Part shown: positions 28,289-37,548 of the stretch, one piece after another
How the letters are laid out: each line of letters begins with the position of its first letter
Position numbering within the stretch: position 1 is the stretch's first letter
Assembly (NCBI GenBank): GCA_040219255.1
Contig: JAVJSW010000049.1
Location: 64,001 to 128,000 of the forward strand
Direction of reading: 5' to 3'
Length of the DNA: 64,000 nucleotides
Source: Sumerlaeia bacterium
GTDB taxonomy: Bacteria > Sumerlaeota > Sumerlaeia > SLMS01 > JAHLLQ01
Translations under genes and position numbers: made by a program
Notes under the pieces: model-generated
The model's database searches: none
What the model was told of the DNA's origin: nothing
The model's input: the letters and a program-made list of their open reading frames with translations, nothing else

Positions 28289-29530
28289 CTACACCGGCAC
28301 GCCGTCGTCCGGGCCGGGCACACGGCCGCTGCGCTCCAGCGCCGTGACGTGCAGGTTGTTGCGGTGGATCGCTTCGTCGTACTCGGGGCGTTTGCCGAGC
28401 GCTTCGGGAAGATCGTGGACGCGGCAGCCCTTGATGCGGTCGAGGATTTCGCGCGAGTAATTGGTGACGCCGCGGGCGATTTCTTCCCCGCCGGGGCCCA
28501 GGACGGTGACGACATCGCCGCGGGTGAAGCGGCCCTCGACGGCGGTGATGCCGACGGGCAGGAGGCTGCGGCCGCCTTCGACGAGGGCGGCGCGGGCGCC
28601 ATCGTCCACGACGATGCGGCCTTTGGGGCGGCGCTGGGCAATCCAGTGGGTGCGGGCGCGGCCACGGGCGCGCAGGGCGCGGCTGCCACTGGGCAGGAAA
28701 TGGGTGCCCCGGAACTCGCCAGCGAAGATATCCCCTAGAATCGTGTCGCAACGCCCATTGGCCACGACAGCGTGCAGCCCAAAGCGGTTGGCGTGGCGGG
28801 CCGCTTCGACCTTGCTGGCCATGCCGCCGCGGCCGACACCGCTGATGGAGCCACCGGCGACGGCGAGCAATTCGGGCGTGATGCGGTCGACCTGCTCGAT
28901 CAGTTGGGCCTGTGGGTCATTCTGCGGATTGGCGGTGTAGAGCCCGTCGAGGTCCGTCAGGATGACCAGCATCTCAGCGTTGGTCTTCGCGGCAATGATG
29001 GCGGAGAGCATGTCGTTGTCGCCAAAGGTCAGTTCCTCGGTGGCGACCGTGTCGTTCTCGTTGATGATGGGAACGACGCCCTGGGTGGCGAGGAGGGCTT
29101 CGAGGGTGTGGCCGGCGTTGAGGTAGCGACGGCGGTCTTCCAGGTCCTCGCGCGTGAGAAGGATTTGGGCGGTGGCGAGCCCGTGGGGGTGGAAAGCGGC
29201 TTCCCAGGTGGCCATGAGGCGGCTCTGGCCAACGGCGGCGAGGGCCTGGAGTTGGGGCAGATGGGTGGGCCGGGCGGCCATCCCCAGGGCCCCTAAACCG
29301 GCGGCGACGGCGCCCGAAGACACGAGCAGGACCTGGCTGCCTCGGGTGGTGACTTCGGCAATCTGCGCGGCGATGGACTGGAGCCGCGCGCGGTTGAGTC
29401 CGGGCCCGGGATGGCTCAGGACGTTGCTTCCGACCTTGACGACGACGCGCAGCGGAGGGCGGCCCTGATCGAAGGGGAAACGGGTGCGGACGGTGGTGGC
29501 AAAGGGGGGTGGGGACGCGCTCTCGGTCAT
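28289..29530 (-). CDS. proB: Glutamate 5-kinase with PUA domain
   Basis: VVVKVGSNVL, VSSGAVAAG, PIINENDTV, FGDNDMLSA, GGMASKVEAA; C-terminal PUA (SLLPVGI...EIARG). Confidence 0.96.
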   Translation of the reverse strand: MTESASPPPFATTVRTRFPFDQGRPPLRVVVKVGSNVLSHPGPGLNRARLQSIAAQIAEVTTRGSQVLLVSSGAVAAGLGALGMAARPTHLPQLQALAAVGQSRLMATWEAAFHPHGLATAQILLTREDLEDRRRYLNAGHTLEALLATQGVVPIINENDTVATEELTFGDNDMLSAIIAAKTNAEMLVILTDLDGLYTANPQNDPQAQLIEQVDRITPELLAVAGGSISGVGRGGMASKVEAARHANRFGLHAVVANGRCDTILGDIFAGEFRGTHFLPSGSRALRARGRARTHWIAQRRPKGRIVVDDGARAALVEGGRSLLPVGITAVEGRFTRGDVVTVLGPGGEEIARGVTNYSREILDRIKGCRVHDLPEALGKRPEYDEAIHRNNLHVTALERSGRVPGPDDGVPV

Positions 29531-29826
29531 AGGTGCAAAAAGGGCCGAGACGGCCGGAAAGGCAAGGGAAACAGAGAGGACGAGCGCTTGGCGGTTTTTT
29601 TTCGCCTGGGGTCTGGAGTGGCCAAAAACGAGCGGTAAGCTCTTGAATGATTCCTTAAATTTCCAGGTGATCCCGCCGGGATCGGTGTAGATTGCGTTTT
29701 TTGTACCGCTGGACTTGGTGATGTGAGTCTTTTCGACTTGCCGGTTCGTCCGTGAGTCCCTACATTTTCCTGTTCATTTTGAGAGAGTCGCCTCTCCAGA
29801 AGACCTGCTGCCAGGAAGGTTCCGAT

Positions 29827-32800
29827 ATGACATTGGGCAAACATCGAAACTCGGATTCCCACGCGCCAGGCGGGCCCGCATGGGCTGGGCTCTTGTTGAC
29901 AGGTGCGCTGTTGATGGCGGCGGGAAGCGCCTGGGCGGCTCCACCGGCGAATTACTACGACACCGCCGACACCACTAACGGCACAACGCTGCGGTCGTCC
30001 CTGCACAATATCATCGATGGGCACACCGTCTATAGCTACACGGCGGCCTACGATATTATCGCCGACGCGAACGAAGATCCGAACAATTCGAACAACACCA
30101 TTTTATTTTATACTGGCCGCTCGACACCGAAAACCAACCAGGGCGGCAACGACAGCGACCCAGCCACCGGCGGCTACAACCGCGAGCACATCTGGCCCCA
30201 GAGCGCCTTCAACGAAAACAGCCCGATGAAGTCCGACATGCACGCGCTGTTGCCCGCCGACGCGGACGCCAATGGCCGCCGCAGCAACTATCCCTTCCAC
30301 ACGGTGACGACCTCGACCTACGAGTTCTTCGGCAACAAGGTCGACACGGACAACTTCGCCGCGGGCAACATCTTCGAACCCCGCGACGCCGTGAAGGGCG
30401 ATGTGGCCCGCGCGCTGTTCTACATGGACGTGCGGTACGAGGGCGACAGCGGCGAGCCGAACCTGGCGCTGAGCAGCAGCGGCTATCCCACCGGCACCGG
30501 CAGCGCCCTGATGGGGTACCTGGACGAACTGCTGGCCTGGCATGCGGCGGATCCCGTCGATCAGTTCGAAATCGACCGCCACGAGTACATCTACGGTTTC
30601 CAGAACAACCGCAACCCGTTCATCGATCATCCGGAATGGGTGGATTGCGTTTACAACAACAATTGCAGCAACGACACGACCCCGCCCGATCCGCCCATGG
30701 GGCTGGCGGCGAATGGGGGCGATGGGTCGGTGTCGCTGACGTGGAATGCCAACAGCGAGGGCGACCTCGACGGCTACAACGTCTATCGCTCGACGACGAT
30801 GGGCGGGCCCTATTCGCAGATCAACGGCGCCTTGGTTCCAGCGCCTTCCTACGTGGACAACACGGTCACCAACGGCGTGACGTATTACTATGTGGTGACG
30901 GCGGTCGATACGGCGAACAACGAGTCGAACGACAGCACGCCCGCCTCGGCGACGCCGGAAACCGGGCCGGGCCTGATCGTGGCGGGGCCGATGGCGGAAC
31001 CGGCGACGATTTCGTCGCTGCGGACGACGGCCTTCGACGCGCCCTGGAATTTCGATGTAACCATCATCGACGATCAGGCCAACCCCGGCGCCGACAGCGA
31101 TCCGACGCTGATTTCGCAGATTGTCTTCACCCCCGGCACGGGCAACGACTTCGCGAATTGGACGAGCGTTCTGGCGGGGGCGCGGCTGACCGATGGCACC
31201 CACTCGGTTAATGGCACGGTCGGCGCGGCGGGGCTCACCTTCGCGCTGACGAACGGGCTCAACGAAATCGGCCACATCGCGGACAACGGTACGAAGACCT
31301 ATCAGTTGAAGGTCTGGCTGAAGGAAAGCGCCACCGGCGTGGACAACGGCAACCTGGTGTTCGCCCTGGCGAGTTCGGGCATCGCGACGGAAGCGGCCGG
31401 TTCCTCGACCGTTGGCAGCAGCTCGGCGGACAGCGGCTCGACGAACAACGCGATCGAGGTGGTGGCGACGGAGCTGCGCTTCGCCAGTCAACCGCCGGAC
31501 ACGATCGTCGCCACGGATTTCGCCGCCTCGGTCCACGCCACCGACAAGTACGGTCGCCGCGATACGGACGCTTCGGGAAACGTAACGCTGTCGCTGGACA
31601 CGGTGAACGCGGGGATTCTCTCGGCGGCAGGCGGTCTGACAAAGGCCCTCGCAGCGGGCCTGGCGAGCTGGAGCGACCTGGAAATCGACACCGGCGAAGC
31701 CGGCGTGGGACTGCTGGCGAACGCTACGGGCTTTGCGGAGAAGCGCAGCGAGAGCTTTGACGTGCTGCCCTCGGGCGGCGGCTCCGGCACCCCGGTTTTC
31801 GTGAACGAGATTCACTATGACAACGATGGCGGCGACACTGGCGAGTTCATCGAAGTCGCCGGCCCGGCGGGAACCGATCTGAGCGGCTGGACCATCGTGC
31901 TCTACAATGGCTCGAGCAGCCTGAGGAGCCCTTACTCGCCCACCATGAATCTGTCGGGTACGATCCCGGACTCGACCGGCAACGGTTTCGGCTTCCTGAG
32001 CTTCTTCCAGGCCGGCATCCAGAACGGCGACCCGGACGGGCTGGCGCTGGTGGACGACTCGAACACCCTCATCCAGTTCCTCAGCTACGATGGGTCCTTC
32101 GTCGCCGCCAGCGGCATCGCGGCGGGCCTGACCTCGGAAAACATCGGCGGCGAGCCCACCACTACGCCCATCGGCGAGAGCCTGCAACTGACCGGCACGG
32201 GCTCGGTGTACGAGGACTTCACCTGGGCCGCAAGCACCGCCACGAACACGGCGGGCGCGCTCAACGGCAGCCAAACGTTCCAGCCCGCGGGCGGAACACT
32301 GAACGCCAACGGCGTGCTGGAATTCGCCTCGGCCAGCCGCGCCGGGTCCGAGGACGGCGGCGCCATCGTGGTGTCGGTGCTGCGGCTGGCGGGCACGGCG
32401 GGGGCCATTGCGGTGCCGTTCTCGGTCGGCGGCGCCAGTACCGCCTCGGGCGCGGACTACACGATCGCCACGGCCAGCCCGCTCAACTTCGCCGACAGCG
32501 ACGACGTCCAATCCATCACCATCAACCCGGTGGTCGATTCGGATCACCTGGAGGGGGACGAGACGATTGTCCTTCAGTTGGGCGCGCCCACTGGCGGAGC
32601 GGCGCTGGGCGCTCAGAGCGAAGTCGTGGTGACGCTGCTGGCCAGCGACCGCACCCTGATCCCCAGCGGCACGAACCCGCCGCCGCTGGAATTCGCCGAG
32701 GGTGTGCGGGCGACGGTGGACTTCAACGACGTGTCGGCCGCGGGCGCTGGCTTCGCCGCCAATCTCGTCAAGGACAACGCGGCCATCGTGGGTCTGTCGT

Positions 32801-33399
32801 CGAGCCTCGGCGTGTACTGGGATTTCACCGTCGAAACCGGATTCGCCTTCGGTGGCGAGGTGCTGGTGACGCTCGAATACCGCGACGGCGAGCTGAACGG
32901 CGTGGATGAGAACACGATGACGCTGGTGAAGGCCAACTCGCCGGCCGGACCCTGGCAGCCCGTACAGATCGTCGAACGCGACACCGTCAACAACACTATC
33001 TCCGCCATCGTCACCGGGTTTTCGACCTTTACGGCGACCAACGATACGGTGCTGTGGGTGGACCTGGTGGCTTTCGAGGCGGAGGATCTGGGTTCGGGCG
33101 GCGTGCGTGTGACCTGGGAAACGGCGGCGGAGGTCGATTCCCTCGGCTTCCACATCCACCGCGTGGCCCCCGATGGCGGGCTGGGCGGGCAAGTCACCTC
33201 TGGCCTCGTGCCGGCCACGGGCAGCCCCCTCGGCGGTGCGTTCTACGAAGTCCTGGACAGCGAAGCGTTGGCCACCGGAGAGAGCCGCGGGTACTTCCTG
33301 GTGGAGACGGAGACCTCTGGAAAGACAACCACTTACGGACCCATCACGGTATCCGCCGAAGCGCGCGAGAGCGCCGTGGAGGATTGGACGATCTTCTGA
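29827..33399 (+). CDS. Large secreted nuclease: Endonuclease I (Bsn/EndA-type) domain plus FN3, lamin-tail and Calx-beta-like domains
   Basis: Signal peptide ...AGSAWA|A; NREHIWPQS, NGRRSNYPF, FEPRDAVKGDVARALFYMDVRY, QNNRNPFIDHPEW; FN3 (LTWNANSEGDLDGYNVYR...YYYVVTAVD); LTD VFVNEIHYDN...EFIEV; Calx-beta EGDETIVLQL; ends SAVEDWTIF. Confidence 0.9.
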   Translation: MTLGKHRNSDSHAPGGPAWAGLLLTGALLMAAGSAWAAPPANYYDTADTTNGTTLRSSLHNIIDGHTVYSYTAAYDIIADANEDPNNSNNTILFYTGRSTPKTNQGGNDSDPATGGYNREHIWPQSAFNENSPMKSDMHALLPADADANGRRSNYPFHTVTTSTYEFFGNKVDTDNFAAGNIFEPRDAVKGDVARALFYMDVRYEGDSGEPNLALSSSGYPTGTGSALMGYLDELLAWHAADPVDQFEIDRHEYIYGFQNNRNPFIDHPEWVDCVYNNNCSNDTTPPDPPMGLAANGGDGSVSLTWNANSEGDLDGYNVYRSTTMGGPYSQINGALVPAPSYVDNTVTNGVTYYYVVTAVDTANNESNDSTPASATPETGPGLIVAGPMAEPATISSLRTTAFDAPWNFDVTIIDDQANPGADSDPTLISQIVFTPGTGNDFANWTSVLAGARLTDGTHSVNGTVGAAGLTFALTNGLNEIGHIADNGTKTYQLKVWLKESATGVDNGNLVFALASSGIATEAAGSSTVGSSSADSGSTNNAIEVVATELRFASQPPDTIVATDFAASVHATDKYGRRDTDASGNVTLSLDTVNAGILSAAGGLTKALAAGLASWSDLEIDTGEAGVGLLANATGFAEKRSESFDVLPSGGGSGTPVFVNEIHYDNDGGDTGEFIEVAGPAGTDLSGWTIVLYNGSSSLRSPYSPTMNLSGTIPDSTGNGFGFLSFFQAGIQNGDPDGLALVDDSNTLIQFLSYDGSFVAASGIAAGLTSENIGGEPTTTPIGESLQLTGTGSVYEDFTWAASTATNTAGALNGSQTFQPAGGTLNANGVLEFASASRAGSEDGGAIVVSVLRLAGTAGAIAVPFSVGGASTASGADYTIATASPLNFADSDDVQSITINPVVDSDHLEGDETIVLQLGAPTGGAALGAQSEVVVTLLASDRTLIPSGTNPPPLEFAEGVRATVDFNDVSAAGAGFAANLVKDNAAIVGLSSSLGVYWDFTVETGFAFGGEVLVTLEYRDGELNGVDENTMTLVKANSPAGPWQPVQIVERDTVNNTISAIVTGFSTFTATNDTVLWVDLVAFEAEDLGSGGVRVTWETAAEVDSLGFHIHRVAPDGGLGGQVTSGLVPATGSPLGGAFYEVLDSEALATGESRGYFLVETETSGKTTTYGPITVSAEARESAVEDWTIF

Positions 33400-33430
33400 T
33401 CGGAAGCCGGAGGCAACGGATTGACAGGAA

Positions 33431-33472
33431 AACCTCCCCCGCGCTCGACCGAGACGGGGGAGGTTATTTTTT
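33431..33472 (+). terminator. Rho-independent terminator
   Basis: 11-bp stem AACCTCCCCCG...CGGGGGAGGTT followed by ATTTTTT. Confidence 0.8.
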
Positions 33473-33568
33473 GTCTGGGAACGAAGGGCATCAATAATTC
33501 CCCAACTTATGCGTTGTCAGAAAGCCGTTCCAAAGAAGGGAATTGCAACTCATTGCCTGCAAGATTAA

Positions 33569-33585
33569 CCGGCACGGAACATGCC
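33569..33585 (+). promoter_or_regulatory. Possible sigma-54 promoter upstream of the NAGPA-family gene
   Basis: CCGGCACGGAACATGCC (GGCACG-N4-ATGC; GG-N10-GC) in AT-rich intergenic DNA. Confidence 0.3.
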
Positions 33586-33745
33586 ACTTTTCCTTCTTCT
33601 GTCATAAAATAAGAGGGAAAGTTCTCATAGGCACTTGACTTTGCCTCTTCCACATGATTTTCTAACGTATCTTGTCATTCCCGGTTTTGCCTTGGCTCAT
33701 CACGCTCGAGCCCGCTTCTCCGGCCTTATCCTGGAGGTTCCCACC

Positions 33746-34966
33746 ATGTCGCCGAAGCCCCTGTCGTTTGCCAGGAAGTTACTCCTCTGCGCTCTTCTCT
33801 GCGCCGCCGCCGTTCCCGCTTCGGCGGGTTACAACGTCTGGACGGACACGACGGTGGCGCCTGGGGTCGTCTGGAAGAACAAGGTTTACCCCAGCCTCTT
33901 TGGCGGCAAACAGACCGTCAACGTCCTGGAGGTGGACCTGACGCATCCGCAGGTGAAGGTCCAGCCGTTGAAGACCTCCTCGGGCTGCGCCACCACGTCG
34001 GCCATCAGCAATGGCTATGGGGCCATCGCGTCGGTGAACGGCGGGTTCTTCGGCGGCTGCTCGTCCGTTTCCATGATCAAGATCAACAACACGGTCCACG
34101 CGACGAATCCGGGCTACAAGCCGGCCCGCGCCACGGTGGGGATCAACCAGGGCGGCGACAGCGCTTCCATCGCCCGCATCTCGTCGACCGACTCCTGGTC
34201 GGCGGTGAACGACGCGCTGGGGGCGGGGCCGAATCTGGTGACGAACGGCAGCCTGGACGTGTCCTGGTCCGCGGAGGGGTTCGATGCCTCCTATACTTAT
34301 CGCAACCCGCGCACCGCGGTAGGCCTGAAGAACAACGGCCAGACCATGGTCATGGTGACGGTCGACGGCCGCACGTCGGCGGGCGTGGGCATGACGCTCG
34401 ACGAGTTGGCGACGTACATGACGTGGCTCGGTTGCCAAAGCGCCATGAACCTGGACGGCGGCGGCTCGACCACCATGTGGGCCTCGGGCAGCGGCGTCGT
34501 GAACACGCCGAGCGACGGCTACGAGCGCAGCGTGGTCAGCATCCTGGCGGTCTTCAGCCTGCCCGCCCCGCTGATCGTGGACAATACCTCTTCGGATTTC
34601 ACGGCGTCGGCCAATTGGTGGGCCTCGTCTTCGAGCCCAGGCTACTACGGCAGCAACTACCACGTGCGCGCGACGGCGTCTTCGGGCGACGCGGCGACCT
34701 GGAAGGCCAACTTCACCGGCGGCACCTATAAAGTGTATGCGCGCTGGGCGGCGGGGAGCAACCGGGCCTCGGCGGCTCCCTACGTGATTTACCACGCCAA
34801 TGGGTCCTCGACCGTTTACAAGAACCAGCAGATCGACGGCGGCACGTGGCAGTTGCTCGGCACGTACGATTTCAATGGCGGACTGGGGACTCGGGTGGCA
34901 TTATCGTGCTGGACCTCCTCGGGTTCGTATGTGGTCGCGGACGCGATCATGTTCGAGAAGCAATAG
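33746..34966 (+). CDS. Phosphodiester glycosidase (NAGPA) family protein with C-terminal golvesin/Xly-like domain
   Basis: Signal peptide; VNGGFF, NPRTAVG, VTVDGR, AMNLDGGGST; C-terminal IVDN...YKVYARW...NQQIDGGTWQLLGTY...VVADAI; SD GGAGG. Confidence 0.88.
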   Translation: MSPKPLSFARKLLLCALLCAAAVPASAGYNVWTDTTVAPGVVWKNKVYPSLFGGKQTVNVLEVDLTHPQVKVQPLKTSSGCATTSAISNGYGAIASVNGGFFGGCSSVSMIKINNTVHATNPGYKPARATVGINQGGDSASIARISSTDSWSAVNDALGAGPNLVTNGSLDVSWSAEGFDASYTYRNPRTAVGLKNNGQTMVMVTVDGRTSAGVGMTLDELATYMTWLGCQSAMNLDGGGSTTMWASGSGVVNTPSDGYERSVVSILAVFSLPAPLIVDNTSSDFTASANWWASSSSPGYYGSNYHVRATASSGDAATWKANFTGGTYKVYARWAAGSNRASAAPYVIYHANGSSTVYKNQQIDGGTWQLLGTYDFNGGLGTRVALSCWTSSGSYVVADAIMFEKQ

Positions 34967-35312
34967 CCCACCGAGGCATTCCGCAAAGTTCGGTCATGGC
35001 GCCCGCCCCCACCGGCCCGCCATCGCATCCATCCGGCCCGCGTTCTTGCCGCGCGGGCCGGACGTTATTTTGGTCCGGGCCCCTCCGCCCGCTCTCCCGA
35101 TGGATCCCCCAATTCAGTCAACGGCTTTACCCGCCAACTGGAAAGATTCGCCGCCTTTGGGCTGGACACGGAGGGGGCGGGCGGCGCTTGTAAGCCACTA
35201 AACTCAGCCAGCTTGTGTTGGGTGCAACCGGTTGCGTGTCCTGTCAGCACCAGACCGGCCCCAACACCACGACGAAACCGCTGGCGATTACTCCGAGGGA
35301 GACTCGACGACC

Positions 35313-36668
35313 ATGAATGTTTGCGTGATCGGAACGGGCTATGTGGGCCTGGTTACGGGGGCGGTATTCGCCGATTTGGGCAATGATGTGATCTGTGTGG
35401 ATATGGACGAGCGCAAGGTCGCCCTGCTCCAGAACAACGTGATGCCCATCTACGAGCCCGGCCTGGAAGAAATCGTTCGCAAGAGCCAGGAAGACGGCCG
35501 GATCAGCTTTACCACCAACACCGCGGAAGCCGTTCGCAAATCCAAGGTGGTCTTCATCGCCGTGGGTACGCCGCCGGCCGCCGACGGTTCGACGAACCTG
35601 TCCTTTGTGGAGGGCGCCGCCCGCGACATCGCCCGCGCCATGGTCGACTACACGATCGTGGTCAACAAGTCCACGGTGCCCGTGGGCACCGGCGACTTTG
35701 TCCGCCGCACCATCTCCCAGGAACTCGAAAAGCAGGGCCGCAGCCTCGAGTTCGACGTCGTGTCGAACCCCGAATTCCTCCGCGAAGGCTCCGCCATCAA
35801 GGACTCCCTCGAACCCGACCGCATCGTGATCGGCGCGCCGACGCAGAATGTGGCGATGGCGCTCCTCGAGCTTTACGCCCCCCTCGAACGCCCCATGCTG
35901 ATCACCGACGTGTACAGCGCCGAACTGATCAAGTACGCTTCGAACGCTTTCCTGGCCACCAAGATCAGCTTCATCAACATGGTCGCCAACGTGTGCGAGC
36001 AGGTCGGCGCCGACGTGACCTTGGTTTCCAAGGGCATGGGCTTCGACAAGCGCATCGGCCGCGAGTTCCTCAACGCCGGCCTCGGCTACGGCGGCTCCTG
36101 CTTCCCCAAGGACGTGGACTCGCTGAACCACAAGATCAAGGATCTGAAGGAAGACTCGGGGATCCTGGACGCCGTGACGCGGATCAACGCCGACCGCACA
36201 CCGCGCTTCATCCGCCGCATCAAGGAAATCGCCGGCGGCGTGTCCGGCAAGCGCATCGCCCTCTGGGGCCTGGCTTTCAAGCCTGACACCGACGACATGC
36301 GGGAAGCCAAGAGCGTGGAAGTGATCCGCGCGTTGGTGAACGACGGCGCGGAAATCGTGGCCTACGATCCCATCGCCATCGAAAAGTCGAAGGAAGTGCA
36401 GCCCCCGCTGCCCAAGATCGAGTACGTGGACAATGCCTATGACGCCGCCAAGGGCGCCGACGCTCTGGTGATCATGACCGAGTGGAACGAATTCAAACTC
36501 GTCAACCTCGAGCGCCTGCACGACCTGATGAAGACGCCGTTGATTTTCGACGGCCGCAACATCTACCCGGTCGAGCGCATGGCCCGCATGGGCTTCGACT
36601 ACGTCAGCATCGGCCGCGCCGCGACGCTGGAAAACAGCGAAGCCGCCAAGCAGCCGGCGGCAGTCTAA
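35313..36668 (+). CDS. ugd: UDP-glucose 6-dehydrogenase
   Basis: IGTGYVGL, VNKSTVPVG, SNPEFLREG, GYGGSCFPKD, GLAFKPDTDDMRE, DGRN. Confidence 0.95.
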   Translation: MNVCVIGTGYVGLVTGAVFADLGNDVICVDMDERKVALLQNNVMPIYEPGLEEIVRKSQEDGRISFTTNTAEAVRKSKVVFIAVGTPPAADGSTNLSFVEGAARDIARAMVDYTIVVNKSTVPVGTGDFVRRTISQELEKQGRSLEFDVVSNPEFLREGSAIKDSLEPDRIVIGAPTQNVAMALLELYAPLERPMLITDVYSAELIKYASNAFLATKISFINMVANVCEQVGADVTLVSKGMGFDKRIGREFLNAGLGYGGSCFPKDVDSLNHKIKDLKEDSGILDAVTRINADRTPRFIRRIKEIAGGVSGKRIALWGLAFKPDTDDMREAKSVEVIRALVNDGAEIVAYDPIAIEKSKEVQPPLPKIEYVDNAYDAAKGADALVIMTEWNEFKLVNLERLHDLMKTPLIFDGRNIYPVERMARMGFDYVSIGRAATLENSEAAKQPAAV

Positions 36669-36703
36669 GAGGCGGTGGACAGCAAGTCATCCTGGATCGC
36701 AGA

Positions 36704-37498
36704 ATGCTGAGAACACTTGTCGAGCGAGCCACTCGCAGCAGCGTATTCCGCAGGCGATTGCCTTCGGCGCTCGGGGGGGCTCGCTTTTTCGTTTCCGCCT
36801 CCGCTGGCCTCGGCTACCTGTTCCGCCCCGTTGAAAGGATCGATCCCGCACTCTGTGCTCTGGCCAGGGAATTCGTCCACACCGATTACGTCGTTTGGGA
36901 CGTCGGCGCCAACGTAGGGCTGTTCTCCTTCGCGGCGGCTCACCTTGCCGGACCCAATGGCCGTGTTTGCTCAATCGAACCCGACCTCTGGCTCGTGCAA
37001 CTGCTCAGGCGTTCGGCGTCTCAACAGCCCTCCACGTCCGCACCGGTGCAGGTCGTTCCATCCGCTGTAGCGGGGGCCTGTACCCTGAGGACGCTCAACA
37101 TAGCAACCCGTTCACGAGCCACAAACTGTCTCTCGGGATACGGTTCAACGCAGATGGGAGGGGTCGCTGAGCAGCAAACCGTGGTGACCGTAACTCTCGA
37201 CTGGCTTGCGGAATTCCTGCCCCCGCCGGATCTGGTCAAGATCGATGTGGAAGGGGCTGAACTCGAAGTTCTCCGAGGCGCGGTCAATCTGCTCAGCAGC
37301 AATCGACCCATCTTCCTGTGCGAGGTCTGCTCAGAGAATTTTGTCCCTCTGACGTCGCTCTTCCGAGAATGCGGCTACCGAGTCTTTGATGGCGAAGAAC
37401 CCGCTGAGCAACGGCAAGAGCTTGACGTGGCCCGCTGGAGTACCATCGCGATTCCCAACTCATCAACGCCACCTGCGGACAGCGCCACCGAAGCGTAG
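36704..37498 (+). CDS. FkbM-family methyltransferase
   Basis: VWDVGANVG, IEPD, PDLVKIDVEGAELEVLRG. Confidence 0.88.
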   Translation: MLRTLVERATRSSVFRRRLPSALGGARFFVSASAGLGYLFRPVERIDPALCALAREFVHTDYVVWDVGANVGLFSFAAAHLAGPNGRVCSIEPDLWLVQLLRRSASQQPSTSAPVQVVPSAVAGACTLRTLNIATRSRATNCLSGYGSTQMGGVAEQQTVVTVTLDWLAEFLPPPDLVKIDVEGAELEVLRGAVNLLSSNRPIFLCEVCSENFVPLTSLFRECGYRVFDGEEPAEQRQELDVARWSTIAIPNSSTPPADSATEA

Positions 37499-37548
37499 GC
37501 ATCGGAGTCGCCAGCCCCACCGCACTTCTGTGTGGCAAGTGTTCGGAG

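Noticed and set aside
30103-33192. 1029-aa - strand ORF (also 1266-3509, 21567-23561, 43370-45100 and similar)
   Set aside because: Stop-free antisense frames opposite well-supported genes, with no independent coding evidence.
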